A stretch of 25,717 bases of DNA from Coniocarpon cinnabarinum (taxonomy: Eukaryota), in NCBI GenBank assembly GCA_051942205.1, contig JAVECO010000033.1, positions 124,001-149,717 on the forward strand. Reading direction: 5' to 3'. The first letter of the stretch is position 1. Each line of letters begins with the position of its first letter. Both the position numbers and the translations under genes were made by a program. A model generated the notes under the pieces. That model was not told the origin of the DNA, ran no database searches, and was given only the letters and a program-made list of their open reading frames with translations. Positions 10,735 through 20,478 of this stretch are shown here, in pieces.

Positions 10735-11343
10735 ATGTTCGATCTTGAGGAGCAGAACCCTCTCGAGCGCGTCAAGAAGTTTCTCACTTCTTGTCAAGGG
10801 GCAAAAGACCCAGAAAAGCCTGTGTGTTTACTCTAATCTTGCCAAGCCTTGCGCACGAGACATATGGAACCCCTGACTGACATTTGCTCACTTTCTTAGC
10901 TTTTCACCGACTCATTTCTTGAAGGAGTCAATGTCGTCTCCTGCACACTTCAACGTAATCCGGATGGCAAGCCTACATCGGCAACCACTGTTTTGTCTTT
11001 TAGCATCCAGCCCAATTGGCTGAACAGCCTTGGGGTACTGCATGGCGGTGCATCGGCCACCCTCATTGACATTTTGACAACATGTGCGATAGCACCACTG
11101 GCTAGCGAGGGAAAGTTTCAATATGGTGGCGTGAGCCGAACACTGACAGTTGGCTATCTAAGACCGGTTAAGGAGGGGGAAGAGGTTGAACTAGTCTGCG
11201 ACTGCGTGAACGTAGGCCGAAGACTTGCAACGATACGGTGTTTGATGCGCAGAGAGAGTGATGGGGAGGTCCTTGTCACAGGAGAGCATCATAAGGCGAG
11301 TAACGATGAACAAAGAAAAGGAACAGAGCAAGCAAAGCTGTGA
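10735..11343 (+). CDS. PaaI/ACOT13-like hot-dog-fold acyl-CoA thioesterase, probably peroxisomal; exons 10735-10821, 10900-11343; ~176 aa
   Basis: NSLGVLHGGASATLID motif and GGVSRTLTVGYLRP. A phase-0 intron at 10822-10899 (GTGTGT...ACTGAC...TAG) joins MFDLEEQNPLERVKKF to the main ORF in frame. The C-terminus is -AKL (PTS1). Confidence 0.88.
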
Positions 11344-11461
11344 CGTTATTGACGCACGCAAAATGTGCGCACCAAAATCTAAGCGGGCTGGAAAGATCTG
11401 AAGACTATAGGTTGCGCAAGGGGTTGTGCTGGTTAAGTTTAACTAGATTGCCATTTTCGCT

Positions 11462-13711
11462 CTACCAGATGAAACGCTGAGCTTTCTCCGGTTCTTGTGG
11501 CCACTCGAATTCTCGATACAGGAAGAGATACGCTGTCATGAGGTTTATGATCAGAAACCATCCGGTTTCAAACCAAAGCCGATGGTCCGAATCTATCATG
11601 GAAGACAGAGACCAAGGGTGTACCGTTGGCTGGCTCTCATCTCTGCCCTCTTGGGCTTCGTCTCGTTCTACGGACAAGTCTTGCAGAGCTGAAGTGCTAG
11701 GCACCTGCAATCGCCAGAGAATCCAGGGAAGAATATAGTATCTTGGCTCTACCAACGGCGCTGTGATGATACACAGAGCAGTCGCCATTGTCCAAAGAAG
11801 CATAAATCCAATTCTCGTCTCCACCTGATCAGGCGCCGGAACTGATGGCGATTTTATCTTGGTGTCATCAATAACGGCCTCAGCCTGCCACTCGGTGTTT
11901 ACCGTCTTCGATTCCTGAGTTGAATACTCTCTCGAAGCCCCTTCAGACCGCTCTGATGGCGCCTCAAGTGATGCCTTTGGCGTCCCTAGTGTGCGGATGC
12001 TAAGCCAGCCACAGATGAGATAAAAAGGAGCAGCAATGTACTTCTTGGTGGGATTACCTAGGACAACAAGTCTGAAGGCGTAAAAGACATAATGTCGGTT
12101 GTCAGCCAGTGTAAATGGGTGCACAATTGTGTTTTGATGGACAATGGTCGTAATCACAGCGACACTCAGCAACGCCTGCGCAAAGTGGCCGAAGTCTCTA
12201 ATTGGGAAGTCTGTCCTGAAAGGCTTCAGAAAAGCAGCCGGGGGGAGCCGAAGACCGCTCACTCGCCCTAGGAAGTCGCTCAAGGCTGTGACCGCGTATG
12301 GATACATCATAGGCCAAGAGAAAAAAGCCATGTATGGCCAGAGATAAAGCATCTGCGGCAGATGAATTGTTGCAACATGATTTGACTTGTCTCCTGTGCT
12401 AGTGTTAGCATTTGTAATCGAGCCTTGCCAACTCTCATGAAGGCGCGGTGCCTCTCACCCAGGACTACCCCGCCGTTCCAGACGACAAACGCTGCAAAAC
12501 ATCCGCCAAGGGTCACGAAAGGGACGAACAGCTTTTGGACAAGTGCGGCAGTTGCTCTTGATCCCGATGCCTGCTTTGCGATGTGGAAGACCAGAGACGC
12601 CGGCACTGATAGTGCTGTGCGCAGCACGTCTAATGCATGTCAGCGTCTGCTCAGAGGCCAGTGGTGTGCCACTTCGAGACTCACCTGACGGGCTACTTTG
12701 TTCTATTGTCGGATTGATAATCGATGCCCAACCCTCCGGCCGCTCAGGATAGATCCCAAGGAAACCTTTCTGATTTGCTGGCTTTCGTCTTGGAGAATGT
12801 GACAACAATCGCCAGCCTATGGGAAACACGGCAACCCAGAAGACATTGGTCTGCCGTAGAAGAAGGGCAAGGAGACCGAGAATTAGGAGCACCACGCTTG
12901 GTATGCCTACATCTGTATACATAGAGCTGGGTCGTGTATGAGCACCGGAGTATGCACCTATCATTCGGTGCAGCAAAAAGTCAATCAGCAGTACTCCAGC
13001 TCCAGCGCCCCAATAGCCTTGCAAGATCAGTGATAATGCAGTACATTCAAGGACAGCTCGTGCAAGCCTTTGGCCTGCTTTGCCAACACCTGCTGATCGA
13101 CCATCAAGCACTGCGAGGAATAGGAGCACGACAGCTGTACTGCTAACATCCGTGTAGTACATCGCTGTGAAGAAGAACAACGGAGGAAACAGGCAAACGT
13201 TGATAGCGGTATGCAAATCAGTGGCCATGCGTTTCTGGAAGGCTGCTTGATGCTGAGGCTTCTCCAAATCTAGTGCAAATGAGTTGGAAGAGGCACGAAT
13301 GAGAAAGCTGGCGGGAAGAATGATGAGTAATGTGAGGACGCTGTTCAATCCACGGAGTCCTGGCTCGGTACAGGGCACGCCCAACAGCTTGGCAAGCCGC
13401 GAAAGGATATATAATCCAGGCGGCGTGGTAATTTTGGGATCCCATTGCAAGTCATTCTCACAGTATCGTTGGGCCTGGGGAATGTGGAAGACCTCGTCCT
13501 TGGCTTTCATCAGTCTGCAGCAGTTGATAAAGGCGACATTATCACGTACGAGATACGGTTCTGGTACAACTGTATTCAAGGTCCTATGCCAGTAAAACAA
13601 TAGTGTACCCAAGAAGAGGGTCCATCCGTAGCATGCGAACCTGAAGTTAATTCCCGGCACGGGCGTTCGCAGTAGATTGCTGGTTTGTGCGCCACCATGC
13701 TGGATAGACAT
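11462..13711 (-). CDS. ALG10: Dol-P-Glc:Glc2Man9GlcNAc2-PP-Dol alpha-1,2-glucosyltransferase (ALG10/DIE2, GT59); exons 13711-13550, 13498-12685, 12629-12459, 12393-11462; ~692 aa
   Basis: Motifs PEPYL|DEVFHIPQAQRYC, WDPKITTPPGLY, YYTDV, RQTNVFW, VWNGGVVLG|DKSNH, HPFTLADNRHYVFY, APLVEPRYYILPW and a terminal QRFIW. Three GT-AG introns with branch sites restore one frame (2079 nt). Confidence 0.93.
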
Positions 13712-14064
13712 TCTAGGTGGACCCAGTGATGACTGGGAACAGTACTCCGTATATAGACTCTGGGAGTCAAAGATGCTTATTGGCGAATCTGCTACATAGT
13801 AAGACGGTGAATTTCACAGTGGACCCATGTCCACGGTCTGTAGAGGTCAAAACCTCGCAGCTGTATTCGACACACAAACTCCGTATATAGATATCTCGTG
13901 CTCCAGTCCTGGATTTCAAAAACATTGTCCTCCTCGACTCGGGCAAGTCCTCCATCCCGACGCGGCGGAAACATCCGCTAGCCTTGGCATTCACACACTT
14001 GCCCAAATTCACTACAACATTAGTCGGTCACGTCTTCAGCTTTTCACACCCACGCCAAACGCAA

Positions 14065-14115
14065 GTGAGTCCGAAGAAGGCCGTTTATGCAGCTTGGCGC
14101 TAATATCGAGTCAAG
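14065..14115 (+). other. Probable 5'-UTR intron of RPL31
   Basis: GTGAGT donor at 14065, GCTAAT branch at 14099-14104, and an AG acceptor at 14110 or 14115 just before the ATG at 14118. Confidence 0.55.
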
Positions 14116-14117
14116 AA

Positions 14118-14821
14118 ATGTCATCCTCCAAAGCCAGAAAGCCTGGCACCAAGGGCGCGAAGAGCCGCAGCGCTATTCACGATCAAGTTGCGCGCGAGTA
14201 CACGATTCACTTGCACAAGAGGGTATGAGCTTTCCTGCAGGATAGAAGAGATTTCAAATCGCGACGTGGAGAAATGATCCGAGAAAGACGGAGGAGCAGA
14301 AGAAATATCAAGAGACAAACGGCGCATGAGGAACGTGCCACCGTAGCGTTGACTACAGCACGAAGCGGACACGAAGACACGGATGAGCATAACAAATTGC
14401 TGCGCAGTAAGCTAACAGGCTTTTGTTGCAGGTATACGGCGTCCAATTCAAGAAGCGTGCGCCTCGAGCCATCAAAGAAGTCCGCAAATTCGCAACCAAA
14501 GCCATGGTACGACCTCTTTTTCCCATCACCCGGAAGCATGCGAGACCTCGCAAGCAGAACTCTTTCTTCAGAACGCATTCATCAGTGAAGCAGCGCACTA
14601 ATGTATTCAAGGGTACCAACGATGTCCGTCTCGACCCACAACTCAACAAGAAAGTCTGGGAATCTGGCGTCAAGGGCGTGCCACACCGACTGCGTGTCCG
14701 AATCTCGCGGCGGCGTAATGATGAGGAGGGCGCAAAGGAGCGACTTTACAGCTACGTGCAGGCTGTGAACGTGAAGAGTGCGAAGGGCTTATCGACGACG
14801 GTTGTGGAGAACGAGGAGTAG
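14118..14821 (+). CDS. RPL31: 60S ribosomal protein L31 (eL31); exons 14118-14222, 14432-14506, 14612-14821; 129 aa
   Basis: VAREYTIHLHKR|VYGVQFKKRAPRAIKEVRKFATKAM|GTNDVRLDPQLNKKVWESGVKGVPHRLRVRISRRRN. Introns at 14223-14431 (GTATGA...GCTAAC...CAG) and 14507-14611 (GTACGA...ACTAAT...AAG). Confidence 0.97.
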
Positions 14822-15138
14822 AATCAATGATGAATTCACTTCGAGACTCGGGTATTTGGCTGTGAAGTATGCCAGCGCCCAATGAAGTGCGTGTCTTTGG
14901 CGTTCAGCGCAGCTATTGCAACCGATGTCCATGGATTAATCATGCTATGTCACTTGTGATGCTGCATTAAAGAACAAATTGCGGCTTATCATGCAAGATC
15001 AAACCTTGCCTGAAATATCGTACAGATATATCTATTTGCCAATTCTGCTCCCGTTGACCTTAACACCTCGCTATGCCATGCTGATGAAAACCAAACTCGT
15101 TGCGCTGTGCAAACACTTCTTGACCATGCAGCACGATA

Positions 15139-16788
15139 TCACTGATCTGGCCGCAGGATCGCCTCCTTACACAACACGGCCACCTTCTTGAACAGCCTTC
15201 GCCATTCCAATGGATCACCGGTTGCTTTCAGGAACCGAACTTCTCGCACTTCGTCTTCCACAGGTTCAACAACGATCGTGCCAACGAGGCGACACTTGCG
15301 CTGATCACGTGTTTTCACTTGAACGATTGCTTTGCCCTCGCCTTGTTCTGGTCGTGCTGGAATGCCCAGTCGCTGCAATGCTTCGCAAAGCAATGGTAGA
15401 AGCAGGGACGAATCCATGAAAGACAGAAACCTGGTGAGTCCATGATCGGGCAGGATATCATTGAAGCGTCTTGCTTGTTGCGTCACGCTCAGTGGCACGC
15501 TCGGAGTCGCACTGAACTGACTAAGAGCTGGGTCTTGTTGTAACCTGTCCGCGGCTGTGAAGCCAGTTGGACCGTGAACACCAGCTACCGGTTGACTGGC
15601 ACTGATGCGAGAATGGGGGGCGAGTTGAGCTGGACGCTCCCAATCAAAGGTTTGTTCAGCGACTGGTGTTTCTGGCTGCGTGAGCGCTAGCCTGCCACCG
15701 TCGTCATCGAGATCCATTGCATTGGGGTTCTTCCGCAACGCTGGTCGTTGCGATGAAGCCATTGGATCCACGTCGAAGTCGATCCTGAGGTTCTCAAGCA
15801 TTTGCGTGGCTAAGCCAACAGGATTTGCTGCTCGACCGTCTTTCGCCATTAGCGGATTCGGTCGCGTATACCACGGATGCCGGCGGACGTCTTCCAGAGA
15901 CATGCGCTGCTTGGGATCAGTTCTCAGAATGCCTCGTAAAAGACTCTTGGCTTGCACTGGCACGCTGTTCCACAGTTCGTCCGTGGTGCCATTTTCGGTG
16001 TAATCCTTGAACTCGAAGCTGTTCATGGTCGGCTCATCCCATGGAGTGTTGCCCACGAGCAGGACAAATAACACGATACCGACACTCCACACGTCCGCCA
16101 CATCGCCCTTGTATTCCTCCGTCTTTCTACCCGAGAACCCACCCTTTGGCACTACCTCCGGTGCCATATACGGCGGACTACCACAAACTGTTTGACATGG
16201 CTTCCGCTTCCCATTGTATTCGAATAGCACAGCCAGGCCAAAGTCCGCAATCTTCAGGTCCCCGTCCGCTAGCAGAATGTTCTCGGGCTTGATGTCTCGA
16301 TGTGCGACGCCTCTGCTGTGCATGTATCCCACAGCACTCACCAGCTGGCTGAAGTAGAAATGCGCAATGTCCTCTCCAATGCCAACATCTGCCTCAATCT
16401 TGTCGAACAGATCACCGCTCGCCAGCTCCATCGCAATCCATGTCCAGTGCTCATCTTCACCGCTGCTCAAAAACTGAATGATGTTCTGGTGCTTGCCAAC
16501 GTGATTGTGGAGGCCAATCTCAGCCTGGATTTGCTTGGGCTTCACCCGTCCGAGTTTGAATGCGTGCTCTTTGTTGATGAATTTGACAGCAATGACAGGC
16601 GTATAAGCACGCAGAGGACATGCTTTGCGGATGAAGGCATAAGCACCGCTGCCGACTGTTCCAGAGATAACGCGGAAGGGGAGCGAGCTCGGGAGGGGTT
16701 GTGCTTGGACCTGGAGCAATCAATGGTTAGCTTAGAGAAGCATTGTTAAAGGGAGACTGCCATTACTCACTTGAGTAGACACAACCAT
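15139..16788 (-). CDS. CHK1: Checkpoint Ser/Thr kinase Chk1; exons 16788-16771 (MVVSTQ) and 16710-15139; ~529 aa
   Basis: Kinase motifs GSGAYA, AVK, HRDIKPEN, DFG, CGSPPYMAPE and GNTPWD, followed by an SQ/TQ cluster (ASSQ, LTQP, ASQP, LSQF) and a KA1-type C-terminus (GDPLEWRRLFKKV). Intron at 16770-16711 (GTGAGT...GCTAAC...CAG). Confidence 0.92.
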
Positions 16789-16864
16789 GCCGAGCGCCAC
16801 GTTATGAGGTATGTGGTGGACTGCCCAATAGGAGACAGCTCACCTATTATTCGCCCTCATCCCA

Positions 16865-16886
16865 ACGCGTCCGCCTGCACACGCGT
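16865..16886. promoter_or_regulatory. Paired MCB (MluI cell-cycle box, ACGCGT) elements in the divergent CHK1/DUF3405 promoter
   Basis: ACGCGT at 16865-16870 and at 16881-16886, ~80-100 bp upstream of the CHK1 ATG. Confidence 0.55.
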
Positions 16887-17081
16887 AAAGGATCTGTGTT
16901 GCTGTGGCGACAGGGACTTTGTTGTGGAGTCGCGGAAACTCGCTTTGCACTTCCGGCTGGATGCAGATCGCTCCACATCTAGACCCTACCCGGATTCTCG
17001 AAACTTGCAACTATATCAAAAGTCATGATAGTATGACCACATACTGAGTTTTCGCCAAATTCGAGCACACACAAGCTTAAG

Positions 17082-19385
17082 ATGCCTCGAGTCCATTTCA
17101 GACCCCTTGTCATCAGCAAGCGAAAATGGCGAGGTCCATGGTTTCCTTCATACTACACAGGAGACGGTCCTGAACACAGCTACGAACAGGTCTCCTTCGA
17201 TACCGAGAAGCAGGACACCTCCGACTGGGAGGATGCAACGAATGCATCCTCCTCAGCAAACTCCTCTCGCGTCTCTTCCGCTTCTTACGACTCACAACAG
17301 ACGTTGCTCGATCGCCGAAAAAAGCCGAGAAAGCCAGTGTCCGCTTATGCGCCGCTCAAACAGTGTAATTTCTATTTCACTGTCATCTTAGGTGCTGTAC
17401 TGGTGGTGTTTGTGCTGGTCCTGTTCACACTTCACAAACGATCAGCGGCGGAAGTAAGCAGCGGCATCCACAAACCGGAGCCAAAACCACCACCATGGAG
17501 CGAGTTTCCCAGACTAGAGAGGTACTGGGGAGGGGTCAGAAACTTGGTCGGCGAAGAAGAGTGGGAGCCAGAGTATCCAGCAGGAGAGAAAGAAGTGAAA
17601 ACAGAAGTGATTGAAGCCCTGGAGGAGGAGGCGACGAATCGGCAAGAACTTGACACATCGCTCCACAAACGATCACTTCCTAAAAACACGCAAGCAATGG
17701 CCTCTAGTGGCGAAAGCACCGTCGAGTGCTTCCTTGATGAGGATAAGACCATACGAGTTCCACGCTTAAAGCCTTACGCTGCTTTACCGCAAGGGTTTCC
17801 AGCGTTTGCGATTGGGAACGCAGACGTTGAGGGCCACAATAAGAGAGAGTGTCTCGACAGATATCGGCGCTTCCAACCCTATGGATTTGGGGTCCGCAAA
17901 TCCAAGGGAGGAATTGGAGCAGGTGTGGATGATGAAGATGACGAGACTCTGGATCCAATGAAGGAGGCGAGGCAAATTGACTATCGCAACGTCGAATGGC
18001 ATAAGGCACAGGAGTCATGCATGGCCGCGAACGCGCATCGCTTTGAATCTAAAGACCACCAAGACGTCCCTGCATCTGTTAAGCAGCCCCCGCTAAGGAC
18101 AGCGATCCTTGTCCGGACACGTAGCGACCACCACTACACTATTGAAGAGATTCTGCAGCTCCGCGCTATGGTTGCTGAAGCTACCTTGACCACGGGTTCC
18201 GCGTTTGTCGTGCATTTTCTGATACAGCTTACACAGGACATGCCAGAAATCTGGTCGGACAGCAAACAATACGAGGAGGTAGCGAGTGGCGCACTCCCTA
18301 ACGAATTTCAAGGCATGGGATCGCTATGGTCGCAACAAAGAATGGAAATGATTTATGAGGCGCTAGCACCCGCTGCTGATCCAATCTATGGTTCGGTCCA
18401 AGGGGCGTATCTGCCAGTTCAAGAGTTCGCGCGCTCGCACGCTGAATATGATCATTTTTGGGTATGGGATCTGAATACCCGATATACCGCGGACTTTGGC
18501 AGCCTCCTCGAATCTATACATCAATGGACTGAGCAGCAACCGCGGAGAGAACTCTGGGAGCGCAATGCCCGATTCTACGTCCCTAGCGAACATGGCAGCT
18601 GGGACGAGTTCTCAAGTATGATTCACGTTCTCACCGAACATGGCCCCTCAGACCCATTCGCAGACAGATCAGCCGGGGACCTGTCGACAAGCAAGTCGGT
18701 CTGGGGGCCCCAGCCACCGGACGACGACTCAAATCCGTCGTTGTTCATTGACGCCCCAGGCTCGTCCGGCGATGAACCTATGTGGGGGGTTTCTGAGGCG
18801 GCAGACTTCATCAGTATGTCACCAATCTTCGACCCCACTCATGTATCTTCATTCCCGCCTGCTTCAGATGTTCGCGGCTACAACGTATCAACCTCTTTTC
18901 CCCCTCGAAGGGCAACGACCAGCAATCTTGTGCGACTCTCACGCAGACTGCTACTCGCCATGCATGCAGAGACAGTCCAGCGACATCGACATATGGCACC
19001 CGAGCTCTGGCCGGCAAGCGTAGCCTTGCATTACGGCTACAAGGCCGTGTCCGTGCCACATGCAGTGTATGTCGACCGCAAATGGCCAATGGACTATCTT
19101 GTCGCGGTCATGAACACCGGTGCCGACCGCGGTGTCGTCAGTGGACGATCGAGTGTCTTTGGAGAAGCTCAGCGAAATGTATTTGAGGGTCTGAGTTGGG
19201 GTGCCACGGGCGGCCAACAAAGCTTCGGAAGGACACTTTGGAGAAGGTGGCTTGGGTACCGAGACGAACAAACGGGTGAGGGAGGCGAAGAATGGGAAGA
19301 TGCGAACGAAGGTAGGATGTGCTTGCCACCAATGTTACTTGGTGGTGTTGGCACCATTGACCTTGTTGTCGAGGACGAAGACTAG
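17082..19385 (+). CDS. DUF3405-family type II membrane protein of unknown function, 767 aa
   Basis: A single TM segment (FYFTVILGAVLVVFVLVLFTL) followed by a large lumenal region with recalled family motifs: FPRLERYWGG, CLDRYRRFQPYGFG, RTAILVRT, QPRRELWERNARFYVPSEHGSW, LHYGYKAVSVPHAVYVDRKW and GRMCLP. Confidence 0.8.
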   Translation: MPRVHFRPLVISKRKWRGPWFPSYYTGDGPEHSYEQVSFDTEKQDTSDWEDATNASSSANSSRVSSASYDSQQTLLDRRKKPRKPVSAYAPLKQCNFYFTVILGAVLVVFVLVLFTLHKRSAAEVSSGIHKPEPKPPPWSEFPRLERYWGGVRNLVGEEEWEPEYPAGEKEVKTEVIEALEEEATNRQELDTSLHKRSLPKNTQAMASSGESTVECFLDEDKTIRVPRLKPYAALPQGFPAFAIGNADVEGHNKRECLDRYRRFQPYGFGVRKSKGGIGAGVDDEDDETLDPMKEARQIDYRNVEWHKAQESCMAANAHRFESKDHQDVPASVKQPPLRTAILVRTRSDHHYTIEEILQLRAMVAEATLTTGSAFVVHFLIQLTQDMPEIWSDSKQYEEVASGALPNEFQGMGSLWSQQRMEMIYEALAPAADPIYGSVQGAYLPVQEFARSHAEYDHFWVWDLNTRYTADFGSLLESIHQWTEQQPRRELWERNARFYVPSEHGSWDEFSSMIHVLTEHGPSDPFADRSAGDLSTSKSVWGPQPPDDDSNPSLFIDAPGSSGDEPMWGVSEAADFISMSPIFDPTHVSSFPPASDVRGYNVSTSFPPRRATTSNLVRLSRRLLLAMHAETVQRHRHMAPELWPASVALHYGYKAVSVPHAVYVDRKWPMDYLVAVMNTGADRGVVSGRSSVFGEAQRNVFEGLSWGATGGQQSFGRTLWRRWLGYRDEQTGEGGEEWEDANEGRMCLPPMLLGGVGTIDLVVEDED

Positions 19386-20478
19386 CCACTGTGTCAGTGG
19401 ATATAAGATATGCTGGAAATATCGAAGACTGTACATGGTTGCAATACTAATGTAAGATTGTGAGCGAAATTTTCTTCCTGCTTCTTGTCTGTAACAACGA
19501 ATTCCTCCTTCTCGACCGAGAGTCTACTATCGCACACAACTAGACAAACGATACACCGCACGGTAACGCAGTCGCAGCACATAGCCAAGGAACTCGACGC
19601 AAACATGTCAACTGTGTGGCGGTTGACGAAGGAAATGTTCGATTTTGAGCCTCAGCTTGAGTTTGCTTTTCGTTTGGCGTCCTTGCTGGCCATTCTTTGA
19701 GGCTCCGATGATGCTCGTCATCAGTTTGCAGTGTTTGCTGCAACACGTGATGCTTCACTCCTCCTACATCCTTTCTCTTTTCTTGATGTTACGGATTCCT
19801 TAGACATCAATCAAGCTCATTACTTGGCTGCTGCGTACCAGAATAACGACAAAAGAAAGTCTACAGCGACGTGCGACTTCTCCAACTTTCATCTTTCACT
19901 CTGCAGTAGTTCGTCTCGCTCTCTCTCTCGCCCCTTCTCACACTGATTCCAAGGCCTTCTCAAGCCGCAAGATGACTTTTTCCCCTCTGGCAAGCATTAC
20001 CGTTCCTGCCTTAGCGTGCCCTGTTTGCCTCATAGAGTGAGAGGTGAAGTGACATGGGTCATTCACGCCTTCAGGAATTTCTTCACGCAATTGTGCTTGG
20101 AATCTTTCAACACGCTCGCAAAGCCAGTCCCACGATGCCTCGAACAAGCTCTTCATCATCACGAACCCACAAGGCACCCGCGCTCTGCAGTTGTGACATG
20201 GAGTCACATGCCAATTGATTGCTGCACAACAATATAACTTGCTCGTCTGCCTCTTCTTCACTCTTCCCTTTCTCTTCTTCCTCTCTTCATGAGCTGGCTA
20301 GACCTGGACCTGGACCTGTGCGCGACCGTCACTTGGACTTTCCTGGAGCTACAACTCACCACTCATCGACCTCTCTTTATCTCATGGTTTCATTACTGTC
20401 ATTACCGTAGGATCCCAGTAGACGTCTCCCCCCCTCTCTCTGTGACCGTCGTAGGAAACCCATTGGAACCCAGGCACC

